NCBI GenBank assembly: GCA_964608275.1
Contig: CAZSNL010000002.1
Coordinates: 15,088 to 79,087, forward strand
Source of the DNA: an uncultured Hyphomicrobiales bacterium
GTDB taxonomy: Bacteria > Pseudomonadota > Alphaproteobacteria > Rhizobiales > CAZSNL01
DNA length: 64,000 nt
Direction of reading: 5' to 3'
A program made the position numbers and the translations under genes. The notes under the pieces were generated by a model. That model made no database searches. It was given only the letters and a program-made list of their open reading frames with translations, and was not told where the DNA came from. Positions 1-9,534 of the stretch are shown here, piece by piece (the first letter of the stretch is position 1; the number at the start of each line of letters is the position of its first letter).

Positions 1-333
1 CTGCAGGCAATCGCGGCGGAGCTGGCAATCGACGTGCTGGTCGAGGACGTCAGGCTGGAAACCGCGATGCCCGCCACGGCGGCGCTGGCGGTGCAGCTGG
101 CCGACCTGGAGGACGCCTTCCGGACGGTGCTTGCCGATCCCGCCTTCGAACAGGCCCTGCGCGAGGATCTCGCGGCGATCCGCCAGAAGGCGCCGAAAGA
201 AGTCCTCGACCTGCTGGAGGAGGACGAACGCGGCCCCGACGTCAAGCGCCTGCTCGCCGCCGCCCGCGACCTGGTCCTCGCCCGGCTCGAACCCGAAGCA
301 GGCACCGGCGCCGAAACGGGGGACGGGGCGTGA
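1..333 (+). CDS. 3' end of an ORF entering from the left edge (partial); possibly the metallophosphoesterase/SbcD-like partner of the downstream ATPase
   Basis: Frame 1 is open from base 1 to TGA 331-333. That stop overlaps the GTG start (330) of the next gene (GTGA coupling). Only an acidic/Ala-rich tail is visible, so the function is inferred from the common exonuclease + SbcC-like ATPase pairing, not from motifs. Confidence 0.4.
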   Translation: MQAIAAELAIDVLVEDVRLETAMPATAALAVQLADLEDAFRTVLADPAFEQALREDLAAIRQKAPKEVLDLLEEDERGPDVKRLLAAARDLVLARLEPEAGTGAETGDGA

Positions 334-3300
334 GATTCCGCGAACTCCACATCGACCGCTTCGGCTGCTTCACGGACAAGCGGCTCAGCTTCAGCGCCGA
401 TGCGCCGCTGACGCTGGTCTACGGCGCCAACGAGGCCGGCAAGACCACCGCGCTGGCGGCGATCGTCGACCTGCTCTACGGCATCGAGGAGCGCAGCGCG
501 TTCAATTTCCTGCACCGCTACGGCGACATGTGCATCGGGGCGACGATCACCGGAGGCAACGGCCAGACCCTGACCTTCCGGCGGCGGAAGCGGCGACAGA
601 ACTCCCTCGTCGACGAAACCGACACGCCAATCGGCGACGATGCACTGGCACCGTTCCTCGGCAATGTCAGCCGGGCCCTGTTCCTCGATGCCTTCGGGCT
701 CGACCGGGCGCGGCTCAACGACGGCGGCAGGCGACTGATCGCCGGCGGCGGCGATCTTGCCGACAGCCTGCTCGCGGCGGCACCCGGGCTGTCGCCGCTG
801 GTCGGATTGCACCGGGACCTGACGGAGGAATGCGACGGCCTGTTTCGGGTCGAGCGGCGGGTTTCGTCGCTGCCGTTCTGGCAGGCAAGCGAACGCTTCG
901 CGGAAGCGCGGCGGCGGGTGCGCGAGGACACCCTGCAGGCCGATACCGTGCGGGCGGCCCAACTGGCGGCGAACGCGGCGCGGCAGGACCTCGCCGATGC
1001 CCGCGCCGCGCTTAACGACCTGCGCGGGGAACGGGCGCGGCTGTCGCGCCTGAGGAATGCGCTGCCGCGGATAAAGACCATCGACGACCTTTTGGCGGCG
1101 ATCGACGAACTCGGCCCGCTGCCCGCCACCCGGGACGACTTTCCCGCCCGCTGCCGCGACGTTCTCGAGCGCCGGCGCGAACTCGCCGCGGCGCTGGAGC
1201 GATTGGCCGGCGAACGCGGGCGCACCCGCGAGGTACTGGCCTCGCTGGTGGTGGACGACCGGCTGCTGGCACGCGCCGACCAGATCCGCGCGCTCGGCGA
1301 TGACCGCGCGAACGTGATCAAGGCCGCCGCCGACCGGCCGAAGCTCCAGGGCAGGATCGAGGAGCAGCACCGGAGCCTTGCCGACCTCGCGCAACGGCTG
1401 GGGCTGGCGGACGGCGACCAGGTGCTGGCGCGGCGGCCGAGCGACGTCGAGATGGCGCGCGTATGGAAGCTGGTGCACGAGCGCCGCCAGCTGGACGAGC
1501 ACCGCCGCGAGCGGAGGGAGCGGCTGGCCGAGGTGGAGAGCACCCTCGAGGATATCGCCGCCAAACGCACGGCGATGGGCCACGTCGCCGACCCGCAGGC
1601 GCACCGGCAGACCCTCGAGCGGCTGGCGGGGCTTGCGGAGCGGGTGGAGGCACGCGACGGGGCGGCCGCGGCGCTCAAGGCCCGGGAGCGCGCCGTTGCC
1701 GACAAGCTGCAGCAGCTCGTGGTGCCGGTGGACGACATCGATCGACTCGCCGAGCTGCGGGTACCGGACATCGGCACGGTCGACCACATGCTGCAGCAAT
1801 GGCAGCGCTCGGCACAACAGCGCGAAGACTGCCATGGCAACCGGCGGCGGCTGAACGACCGGTTGCGGCGGCTGCGGACCCAGATCGACGAGCTCGCCGC
1901 CGGCGACGCGCTGCCGACCCCGGAGGCGGTGGACGAGGCCCGCGCCCGACGCGACGGCCTGTGGCAGGTGTTGCGGCGGGCCCTGCTCGAGGGAGAGCCG
2001 TGCCATGTCGACGACGTGAGCCGGTTCGAGATCGCCGTCGGCCACGCCGACACGCTGGCCGACCAGCGGCAACGCGAGGCCGAACGGCTCGCCACGCACC
2101 GCAACATCACCGCGGAGATCGCCACCGTCCAGGACGAACTCGCCGCGGTCGAGGACGCACTGGCCGATCTGGAAACGGCCCGTCACGGGCTGGAGACCGA
2201 ATGGGCCGGCCTGTGGCAGCCGAGCGGCATCGAGCCACGCGGCCCGCTCGAGATGCGGGCGTGGCTGCAGGCGCGCGAGGACCTGCTGCAGGAACGGGCG
2301 GCAATTGCTTCGGAGCGGCAGCGGCTCGAAGAGCTGAGCCGCCGCGTCGACGAGGCTGCGACGATCCTCGAGGAGATGGCGGCAACGCTCGGGCTCGACC
2401 ACCCGTCACGGTCGCCACTCGATCGCCTGTCCCAGATCAGCGCGGCCGTCAACGAGATGGAACGCCGGTTCCAGGAGGCACGCCATCTCGCCAGCCGGGC
2501 CGACGACTGCGAACGCGAGGCGCGCACCGTGCGCGAGGCGGTATCGGCGGTCGAGGCGCGGCTGACGGCGTGGCAGGCCGAGTGGGCCGACAGTGCGCCG
2601 CGCATCGCGGTGGCGGCGGACGCCAGCATCGAGGAAGCGGAAGCGGCGCTCAACGCATGGCAGGGGGTTCCGGCAATCGAGGTGGCGTTGCGGGACCTGG
2701 AGTACCGGGTGACGCGCATCGGCGAGGACCAGGCGGCCTTCGAGGCCGATGTCCGCGCCATCTGTGCCGACCTCGCCCCCGACCTGGAACACGAACCGGC
2801 GGAAGCGGCGGCGGCCGAGCTTGCCCGGCGACTGGATGCGGCAATCGCGGCGGCGACGCGGCGCGAAGCGCACCAGGCGCAGGCAGCCGAGCTCGACGAG
2901 CGTCACGCCCGCGACGAGCAGGCCCTGCATCAACTGGACGCCGCGCTTGCCGAGCTTGCAGCAGAAGCCGCCACGACGGACGTCGGGCTACTTGGCGAAC
3001 TCGCCGACCGGCTGGATCGCAGGATCGCGCTTGCGGGGCGCCTCGACGACGAGCGAGCGCAGCTGATCGCGACGTCTGACGGCGTCGACGAGGCGGAGCT
3101 GCGCGAACAGCTTGCCTCCTGCGATCCAGACGCGCTCGCGGCCCGGCTGGAGACGCTCGAGGAGGAGGAGCGCGACCTGCAGCACAAGATCGAGGAGGGG
3201 ATCGGCCGCCGCGACGCGGCGGAGGCGGAACTGTCGCGGCTGGAGTCGCTGGCGGGGGCGGCAGATGCCGCACAGGAGGAACAGAACGCACTGGCGGCCA

Positions 3301-3791
3301 TCGCCGGCATCATCGAGAACTGGAGCCTTGCGCGGGCCGCCGAGCGGCTGCTCGGAGCGGCGATCGAGGCCTACCGCGAGCGCCACCAGAACCCGGCGCT
3401 CGAACGGGCGGGACAGGCGTTCGCGCTGGTGACCGAAGGCGCCTACCAGGGGATCGCTGCCGATTACGACGATGACAAGCCGCGGCTCGTGGCGGTCCGC
3501 AATGACGGCCAGCGTCTCGCGGTGGGAGACCTGAGCGAGGGAACCGCCGACCAGCTGTTCCTGGCGCTGCGGACCGCGGCGATCGAGGATTACGCCACCC
3601 GCGCCACCGCGCTGCCGTTCATCGCCGACGACCTGTTCGTCACCTTCGACGACGCCCGGACGGTGGCGGGGCTGCGGCTGCTGGCCGAACTGGGACGGAC
3701 CACCCAGGTCCTCGTCTTCACTCATCACCGCCACGTGGTCGACGCCGCCCGGACCGGGATCGGCAACCAGATCGACCTGGTGACGCTGTAA
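330..3791 (+). CDS. SbcC/Rad50-like (YhaN-type) AAA/ABC-fold ATPase with a long coiled-coil, 1153 aa
   Basis: The N-terminus has Walker A GANEAGKTT. About 900 aa of Ala/Glu/Arg/Leu-rich heptad-like sequence follows. The C-terminus has an ABC-signature-like LSEGTADQLFLALR, Walker B LPFIADDLF and an H-loop-like VFTHH. GC3 is high throughout. Confidence 0.85.
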   Translation: MRFRELHIDRFGCFTDKRLSFSADAPLTLVYGANEAGKTTALAAIVDLLYGIEERSAFNFLHRYGDMCIGATITGGNGQTLTFRRRKRRQNSLVDETDTPIGDDALAPFLGNVSRALFLDAFGLDRARLNDGGRRLIAGGGDLADSLLAAAPGLSPLVGLHRDLTEECDGLFRVERRVSSLPFWQASERFAEARRRVREDTLQADTVRAAQLAANAARQDLADARAALNDLRGERARLSRLRNALPRIKTIDDLLAAIDELGPLPATRDDFPARCRDVLERRRELAAALERLAGERGRTREVLASLVVDDRLLARADQIRALGDDRANVIKAAADRPKLQGRIEEQHRSLADLAQRLGLADGDQVLARRPSDVEMARVWKLVHERRQLDEHRRERRERLAEVESTLEDIAAKRTAMGHVADPQAHRQTLERLAGLAERVEARDGAAAALKARERAVADKLQQLVVPVDDIDRLAELRVPDIGTVDHMLQQWQRSAQQREDCHGNRRRLNDRLRRLRTQIDELAAGDALPTPEAVDEARARRDGLWQVLRRALLEGEPCHVDDVSRFEIAVGHADTLADQRQREAERLATHRNITAEIATVQDELAAVEDALADLETARHGLETEWAGLWQPSGIEPRGPLEMRAWLQAREDLLQERAAIASERQRLEELSRRVDEAATILEEMAATLGLDHPSRSPLDRLSQISAAVNEMERRFQEARHLASRADDCEREARTVREAVSAVEARLTAWQAEWADSAPRIAVAADASIEEAEAALNAWQGVPAIEVALRDLEYRVTRIGEDQAAFEADVRAICADLAPDLEHEPAEAAAAELARRLDAAIAAATRREAHQAQAAELDERHARDEQALHQLDAALAELAAEAATTDVGLLGELADRLDRRIALAGRLDDERAQLIATSDGVDEAELREQLASCDPDALAARLETLEEEERDLQHKIEEGIGRRDAAEAELSRLESLAGAADAAQEEQNALAAIAGIIENWSLARAAERLLGAAIEAYRERHQNPALERAGQAFALVTEGAYQGIAADYDDDKPRLVAVRNDGQRLAVGDLSEGTADQLFLALRTAAIEDYATRATALPFIADDLFVTFDDARTVAGLRLLAELGRTTQVLVFTHHRHVVDAARTGIGNQIDLVTL

Positions 3792-3797
3792 TCCGCC

Positions 3798-4433
3798 CTA
3801 CCCGTTCGGCGCCTGAACGCGCCCGGCCACGGGGTCGACGGTCGTGTCGCGGCCGCGACGCACCTGCCACGCCAGGTAGCCGAGCGCCGCGCCTTCGATG
3901 ACCAGACCGATGCCGAGCATCACGCCGAGCAGCCAGACCGCGGTGACCGGAATGCTGGCCCACAGGAAAAAGGCCAAACCGACACCAACGATGCCGCTGA
4001 GCAGCACCCATCCCCAGTTCGGGAACGGGCGGATGATCAGCGAGAAGATGATCTTCGACATCCCCTCGACCATGAACAGCACGATGACCAGCATGGTCAG
4101 TGTCAACAGGCTTTCGCCCGGGTTGCGCAGGAACAGCGCGCCGACGACGAGGAACAGCACGACCGAGACGAGCTGCAGCCAGAAGTGCGGCACGGCGCGC
4201 GCGCCGATGAGGCCGAGCCCCTGGACGAGACCCGACGCTATCATCAGCCAGCCCAGGAAGATGACCACCGCGATGGAGGAAATGGCCGGCCAGACGAGCG
4301 CCAGAACCCCGGCCACAACCATCAGCCCGGCCTGAAGCAGATACCACGGGAGGTGGCGCTTCACCTCCTGGCGCATCGACTCGCGCATCATCTCGCTGGC
4401 GGCATCAAGCGATATCGACATGGCAACCTCCAT
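3798..4433 (-). CDS. hdeD: HdeD-family (DUF308 repeat) acid-resistance membrane protein
   Basis: This is a 211-aa polytopic protein with repeated hydrophobic segments (WYLLQAGLMVVAGVLALVWP, FWLQLVSVVLFLVVGALFL, GWVLLSGIVGVGLAFFLW). Size and topology are typical of HdeD. It is the last gene on the same strand after arcA. Confidence 0.7.
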   Translation of the reverse strand: MEVAMSISLDAASEMMRESMRQEVKRHLPWYLLQAGLMVVAGVLALVWPAISSIAVVIFLGWLMIASGLVQGLGLIGARAVPHFWLQLVSVVLFLVVGALFLRNPGESLLTLTMLVIVLFMVEGMSKIIFSLIIRPFPNWGWVLLSGIVGVGLAFFLWASIPVTAVWLLGVMLGIGLVIEGAALGYLAWQVRRGRDTTVDPVAGRVQAPNG

Positions 4434-4484
4434 GCATCGAAGCGAAAACCCGGCGCCCCGTCCGGCCTGCCCGCCCGCAGCGCA

Positions 4485-5729
4485 TCAGTCTGCCGGGTCG
4501 CGGATGATCGGACAGGTCATGCAGTGGCCGCCGCCACGGCCGCGGCCGAGCTCGGCGCCGGCAATCGTGATGACCTCGATGCCGGCCTTCCGCAGCAGCG
4601 TATTGGTGTAGACGTTGCGATCGTAGGCGAAGACGACGCCGGGCGAGGCGCATACCAGGTTGGCGCCGCTGTCCCATTGGGTGCGTTCGCGCATGTAGTC
4701 GGTGCCGGCGGTCTCCACGACCCGCATCTGCTTCAGCCCGAGCGCGTCGCGCACGGTATCGACGAACGACCCCTCGTCGCGGCGCAGGTCGATGGAACCC
4801 GGCTTGTTGCCCGGACGGTAGGAATACGCGTGGATGCCGTCGACGATGTCCGGATAGACAAGCACGCAGTCGCGGTCGGCGAACGTGAACACGGTGTCGA
4901 GATGCATGGCGGCGCGCAGCCTGGGCATGGCAGCCACGATGACCCGCTCGGCCACACCGCGGTCGAACAGCGCCCTTGCCACCTGGCTGATGGCCTGCCG
5001 CGACGTGCGCTCGCTCATGCCCACCAGCACGACGCCCCTGCCGATCGGCATGACATCGCCGCCCTCGAACGTCGCAAGGCCGTGGTCGACCAGCGGATCG
5101 CCCCACCAGACCTCCACCCTGCCGGCGAAGTCGGGGTGGAACCGGTAGATCGCGGCGGCGAGGATCGTCTCCTCGTGACGGGCCGGCCAGAACAGCGCGT
5201 TGAGGGTGACGCCGCCGTAGATCCAGCATGTCGTGTCGCGGGTATAGAGCGTATTGGGCAGCGGCGGCAGCAGGTACTCGGTGACGCCGGCGGCATCACG
5301 GATCAGGGTCAGCATCTCGCCGCCGACGGATTCGGGAAACTCGACCGTAGAGAGCCCGCCGATCAGCGTTTCGGCGAGGTCGCGGTCGGGCAGGCCGTCG
5401 AGATAGCTGCGCAGCTCGTCAACGAGGCCGAGGCCGACCTGGTCGGGCACCACCTGGTTGTCGAGGATCCATGCCCTGGCTTCCGACACCGCCACCGTCT
5501 CGGCGAGCAGGTTGTGCATCTCGACGACCTCGACGCCGCGGTCGCGCAACTTGGTGACGAAGTCGAAATGGTCACGCCGGGCGACGTCGACCCATAGTAC
5601 GTCGTCGAACAGGAGCGCGTCGCAGTTGCTGGGCGTGAGGCGCTGATGGGCGCGGCCCGGCGCGCACACCATGACCTTGCGCAGCTGGCCGACCTCCGAA
5701 TGAACGCCGTATGCGGATTGCGTAGCCAT
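4485..5729 (-). CDS. arcA: arginine deiminase
   Basis: 414 aa. The N-terminus [18 protein letters not shown] and the C-terminal catalytic-Cys region [15 protein letters not shown] are characteristic of ArcA. Confidence 0.93.
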   Translation of the reverse strand: MATQSAYGVHSEVGQLRKVMVCAPGRAHQRLTPSNCDALLFDDVLWVDVARRDHFDFVTKLRDRGVEVVEMHNLLAETVAVSEARAWILDNQVVPDQVGLGLVDELRSYLDGLPDRDLAETLIGGLSTVEFPESVGGEMLTLIRDAAGVTEYLLPPLPNTLYTRDTTCWIYGGVTLNALFWPARHEETILAAAIYRFHPDFAGRVEVWWGDPLVDHGLATFEGGDVMPIGRGVVLVGMSERTSRQAISQVARALFDRGVAERVIVAAMPRLRAAMHLDTVFTFADRDCVLVYPDIVDGIHAYSYRPGNKPGSIDLRRDEGSFVDTVRDALGLKQMRVVETAGTDYMRERTQWDSGANLVCASPGVVFAYDRNVYTNTLLRKAGIEVITIAGAELGRGRGGGHCMTCPIIRDPAD

Positions 5730-5741
5730 CGCCGGACCCTT

Positions 5742-7265
5742 TCAGACCTGCACCACGCCCTTTGCGAGCAGCACGATCCCGACGGCCGCAAACGCCAGCA
5801 CGATCAGAAAGACGACGAGGGCGGGGGCCGTGAACACCTGCGCCCCGTGTTCCCGCCGCGCCTTGATGTACAGCATGGTCGCCGGCGCGAGCAGGATGCA
5901 GGCGAGAAAGACGAACGTGTATCCGGCTGCCCAGATCAGGAACAGGGTGTAGACCGTCGACACCGCGGCGATCACCAGCTCCCGGTAACGCACCGCGGAC
6001 GACGTCTCGGCGTAGCCGTCATCCTGCAAGGCGATCTTTGCCGCGTAGAGGCTCGCAAGCGCAAACGGCGCCAGCGCCAGCGCCGCCGTCAGGTCGAGGG
6101 TGAAGTCCAGGGCATCGGCCACGAACTGGACCGCGAACAGGATCGCCGTCACCAGGATCGAGGTCCACAGCACGGCGTGCTCGGGAACCTGCCGGCTGTT
6201 GAGCTCGGCGAAATAGCGGGGCATGTCGCGGTCCTTCGCCGCCGCGTAGATGACGTCGGCGGCCAGCAGCTGCCAGGCCAGGTAGGCGCCGAGCACCGAC
6301 ACGATCAGGCCGATGCGGATGAACACCCCGCCCCACGGGCCGACTGCCGCTTCCAGCACGCCGCCGATGGACGGCTGGGTCAGTCCGGCGATCTCGGCTT
6401 TCGGCAGGATGCCGAAAGAGAGGATCGAGATGGATGCGAACAGGGCGAGCACCGACAGGAAGCCGAGCACGGTGGCGGTGCCGACGTCTTCGCGCCGCTT
6501 GGCGTAGCGTGAATACACGCTCGCGCCCTCGATGCCGAGGAACACGAACACCGTCACCAGCATGGTGCCGCGGACCTGCCGGAACAGCGAGTCGCCACCG
6601 GGAAGGTCGTAGCCGCCGGTCAGGTTGCCGACGAAGACCTCGCCGTCGAAGAAGACGATGACGAGCATCAGGAACAGCGCCAGCGGAACCAGCTTGGCGA
6701 TGGTCACGATGAAGTTGATCCACGCCGCTTCCTTGACGCCGCGGCGGATCAGGAAGAAGAACCCCCACACCGCCGCCACCGAGACGAAGAAGGCGGGCCA
6801 GGTGTCGCCCTTTCCGAACACGTACGCGAACTCCGGGAAGAGCTGCGACATGGTGGTCATGATCAACACCCAGTAGAAGGCGTTGCCGGCGCACGCCGAG
6901 GCCCAGAAGCCGAAGGCGGAGAGAAAGCCGGGATAGAGGCCGAAGCCGGCGCGGGCGTAGACGTAGACCCCGTTGTCCAGGAGAGGCTTGCGGATCGCGA
7001 GGTTCTGGAAGACGAAGGCAAGCGCCAGCATGCCCGCGCCGGCAATGGTCCATGCGACGAGTGCGCCGTAAACGCCGGTCTGGGTGGCAAATCGAGCCGG
7101 AAGCTGGAACACGCCGGCACCAACCATGGAACCGACGACCATCGCGGTGAGGGCGGGAACGGTCAGCTTGTCCGATGCAGTGCTGGCCGCCTCAGCAGCC
7201 GTCGACGCTGGGTTCGCTGTCTCAGCCGACACCGCGGCCTCGCTTCCTCCCGCAAAGTCATTCAA
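5742..7265 (-). CDS. arcD: arginine/ornithine antiporter-type APC permease (basic amino acid/polyamine antiporter family)
   Basis: This is a 507-aa, roughly 12-13 TM protein. The N-terminal motif KLTVPALTAMVVGSMVGAGVFQLP matches ArcD/APA-family antiporters. It sits directly upstream of arcA on the same strand (13-nt gap). Confidence 0.8.
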   Translation of the reverse strand: MNDFAGGSEAAVSAETANPASTAAEAASTASDKLTVPALTAMVVGSMVGAGVFQLPARFATQTGVYGALVAWTIAGAGMLALAFVFQNLAIRKPLLDNGVYVYARAGFGLYPGFLSAFGFWASACAGNAFYWVLIMTTMSQLFPEFAYVFGKGDTWPAFFVSVAAVWGFFFLIRRGVKEAAWINFIVTIAKLVPLALFLMLVIVFFDGEVFVGNLTGGYDLPGGDSLFRQVRGTMLVTVFVFLGIEGASVYSRYAKRREDVGTATVLGFLSVLALFASISILSFGILPKAEIAGLTQPSIGGVLEAAVGPWGGVFIRIGLIVSVLGAYLAWQLLAADVIYAAAKDRDMPRYFAELNSRQVPEHAVLWTSILVTAILFAVQFVADALDFTLDLTAALALAPFALASLYAAKIALQDDGYAETSSAVRYRELVIAAVSTVYTLFLIWAAGYTFVFLACILLAPATMLYIKARREHGAQVFTAPALVVFLIVLAFAAVGIVLLAKGVVQV

Positions 7266-7491
7266 GCTGCTGGCCGCTGCTCACCCCTGCCCCCAAGCGA
7301 TGGCACGGCAGTGGAGAACGCCGGGTTGCGTTCCGCGTTCCTGAACGGGCGGGGGTTCATCCTGCTTTCGTTAACGATCGCTTAAAGAGGCTTCCCGTCT
7401 GGCGACGCTCAGTGGCGCCTGCAAAAACTTATCCCCGCCCCTCCCGGCCCGGCCATGCTCGGCTCGTCATCATCTGACGAGGAAATGTGCC

Positions 7492-7887
7492 ATGACCAAT
7501 CCGAGCGCGCCTTGCGAACGCAGCCAGCCCCGCCGGCGGTTCCGCGCCTACCGGCTGATCCGGGCAGGGGCGGAACGGTACGACCGGGTTCGCCACCTGC
7601 CGCGCCTCATCCCGCTGTCGCTGAACGAAATCACCCGCATCGACATGCTGGAGCCGGCGGTGGTGGTGGCGAGGCTCAGGCGGGCGACGCGGGCGGAACG
7701 GGCGCGCGCCCGGGCGCGTCACTGGGCCTATGACGTGAACCGCCACATCGGTCTCCTGCAGGCCATCAAGGCGGAAAGTGCTGCGGCCGAAACGGGGCAA
7801 AAGGCGAGACAGCCGGGACGGGCGCGGCCGGACCCCGGGCGTGACGTGCGGCCGGCCCGGAATCAGCTCGAACTGTCCTGCCGATGA
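7492..7887 (+). CDS. hypothetical Arg-rich protein (possibly DUF6477-like)
   Basis: 131-aa ORF with a strong GC3 bias. The central segment RHWAYDVNRHIGLLQAIK recalls a small conserved alphaproteobacterial family, but this is from memory only. The 3' end overlaps the convergent gene by 25 nt. Confidence 0.45.
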   Translation: MTNPSAPCERSQPRRRFRAYRLIRAGAERYDRVRHLPRLIPLSLNEITRIDMLEPAVVVARLRRATRAERARARARHWAYDVNRHIGLLQAIKAESAAAETGQKARQPGRARPDPGRDVRPARNQLELSCR

Positions 7888-8360
7888 ACCTCGCGGCCTT
7901 CCCCGCCACCGTCCGGCTCGATGCGGCTCGACAGCCACTGGTAGGCGCCCAGCGCGGCCAGCGCCAGCATCGCGGCGACGAAGAGCATCGCGGGATAGAT
8001 CGCCGACGGAATATCCTCGCGACTGGTCTTGAAGATCATCACCAGCGCCTCGAGACTCGAGGCAATCACGGCGATGGTAATGAACTTGGTGAGCGAGCGC
8101 CGCGACTCCAGTGCCGAACGCAGTTCGCGCTGCCGAATGATCTCCTCCTCGGCAATGAACTTCGACGTCTCGACGACGGCGAACCCGATGATCAGCAGGC
8201 CGATGGAATCGAGGACGGCGTTGACCGGATCCTCGAGCCGGACGATTGCCAGGCCGGTCCGGACGATGGCGCTGACGAAGAGAATGACGGAGAACGCGAA
8301 CAGCGTGATCGTGGCAACCAAGAAATAGGCGTAGGCAAGTCGCTCGTACAACGGGGCCAA
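7863..8360 (-). CDS. small 4-TM membrane protein (YqhA/PsiE-like topology), function unknown
   Basis: The tracked ORF runs to 8486, but its first roughly 40 codons are not hydrophobic and not gene-like. An in-frame TTG at 8360 lies 6 nt after GGGAGGGA and gives MAPLYERLAYAYFLVATITLF... (165 aa). Confidence 0.5.
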   Translation of the reverse strand: MAPLYERLAYAYFLVATITLFAFSVILFVSAIVRTGLAIVRLEDPVNAVLDSIGLLIIGFAVVETSKFIAEEEIIRQRELRSALESRRSLTKFITIAVIASSLEALVMIFKTSREDIPSAIYPAMLFVAAMLALAALGAYQWLSSRIEPDGGGEGREVHRQDSSS

Positions 8361-8500
8361 GGATGTTCCCTCCCGACCGGAAGACGGCCTGTGGGTGGTG
8401 CGACAATCGCGGGGCAGGAACGGACGGGACAAACTGCAGGTTCCGGTCCCCCGCTTGACCCAAGGGGCAACGAAACGCTTCAACATTGACCGGAAACCGT

Positions 8501-8529
8501 TTGCAATGGCGAAGACGCCCGCCTAAATT
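8501..8529 (+). promoter_or_regulatory. candidate sigma70-type promoter for infA (TTGCAA-N17-TAAATT)
   Basis: -35 TTGCAA is at 8501-8506, the spacer is 17 nt, and -10 TAAATT is at 8524-8529. This sits in the 330-nt divergent intergenic region and would give a GC-rich leader of about 155 nt. Pattern match only. Confidence 0.25.
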
Positions 8530-8692
8530 GTCGCGCCGGTTCGAGATACCGGATCGCAACCGCCTCGTTGCACCGGCCGCCGTACCTCCCCGACGCACGA
8601 TCGACGGAGATCCGCCGGCACCGGGACCGGGCAGGCGGATCAGCGCAATTGGCGGCATTCGACGGACAACAGAGGTCTGGAAAGGCGGAGCA

Positions 8693-8962
8693 TTGGCGAA
8701 GGAAGAGCTACTCAGTTTCGAAGGTGTCGTCACCGAGGTGTTGCCGGACGGCAATTACCGGGTGCGGCTGGATAACGGCCACACCATACTCGCCTATGCC
8801 GCAGGCCGGATGCGCAAGCATCGCATACGAACCCTCGTCGGCGACCGCGTGGTCGTCGAAATGTCGCCGTACGACCTTACCAAGGGGCGCATCAACTTTC
8901 GTCACAAGACCGAAGGCGGTCCCACCGGCGGACCGCGCCGCCGGCAGTTCCGCCGCCGCTAG
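8693..8962 (+). CDS. infA: translation initiation factor IF-1 with a C-terminal basic extension
   Basis: A TTG start at 8693 is preceded by GGCGGAG. The sequence [71 protein letters not shown] is canonical IF-1 (S1 fold). It is followed by an extra [17 protein letters not shown]. Confidence 0.9.
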   Translation: MAKEELLSFEGVVTEVLPDGNYRVRLDNGHTILAYAAGRMRKHRIRTLVGDRVVVEMSPYDLTKGRINFRHKTEGGPTGGPRRRQFRRR

Positions 8963-9075
8963 ACGGTACGCCTCACCCCCTTTTCGCAACTGCCGCATGA
9001 CCCTTGTGCGGCGCAGCAAAAAGCACTACGTTTCATCGTTTCGGGGCTGTGCCCTGCAGAAGACGAACGGGGCTG

Positions 9076-9513
9076 ATGAGGCACGCAATCCAGAACTATC
9101 TCGAAGACCTCGCGGTCGGAATGGAAGCGAGTCATTCGAAGACGGTTACCGAAACCGACCTCGAGGTGTTCGCCGATCTTTCAGGCGACAACAATCCCGT
9201 GCACATGGACGAGGCCTTTGCGGCCACCACGCCATTCCGGTCGCGGATCGTCCACGGCATGCTGACGGCGAGCCTGATATCGACCATTCTCGGAACCAAG
9301 CTGCCGGGACCGGGCGCGGTGTACGTATCGCAGTCGCTGCGGTTTCGTGCCCCGGTCAGGCTCGGCGACACGGTGGTCGCCCGCGCCACGGTGAGCGAGA
9401 TCGACCTCGACCGCAAGCGGGCACGGCTTGCCTGCTGCTGCATGGTGGGCGAGACGGTCGTCCTTGACGGGGAGGCTCTGGTCATGGTTCCGTCCCGCCA
9501 CGGCTCGAACTGA
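9076..9513 (+). CDS. MaoC-family (R)-specific enoyl-CoA hydratase / hot-dog dehydratase
   Basis: 145 aa from the ATG at 9076. The hydratase-2 motif region FADLSGDNNPVHMDEAFAATTPFRSRIVHGML is present. Confidence 0.85.
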   Translation: MRHAIQNYLEDLAVGMEASHSKTVTETDLEVFADLSGDNNPVHMDEAFAATTPFRSRIVHGMLTASLISTILGTKLPGPGAVYVSQSLRFRAPVRLGDTVVARATVSEIDLDRKRARLACCCMVGETVVLDGEALVMVPSRHGSN

Positions 9514-9534
9514 AGCAGTCCCGAGACAACTGAC

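Noticed and set aside
518-3734. Several very long ORFs lie antisense to or out of frame with the 1153-aa ATPase gene (e.g. 518-2125 minus, 1463-3079 plus, 2988-3734 minus).
   Set aside because: Their products are Arg/Pro/Ala/Ser low-complexity strings, which are typical of alternative frames in GC-rich DNA. The sense frame carries clear Walker and signature motifs and GC3 bias.
7266-7491. Search for ArgR or ANR/FNR boxes upstream of arcD.
   Set aside because: Only trivial 6-bp palindromes (GTTAAC, CGATCG) are present. Nothing matches a defined operator consensus well enough to report.
8486-8692. N-terminal 69-codon extension of the infA ORF in the track.
   Set aside because: The extension is Arg/Pro-rich and not gene-like. 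Canonical IF-1 begins at the TTG at 8693, which has its own SD.
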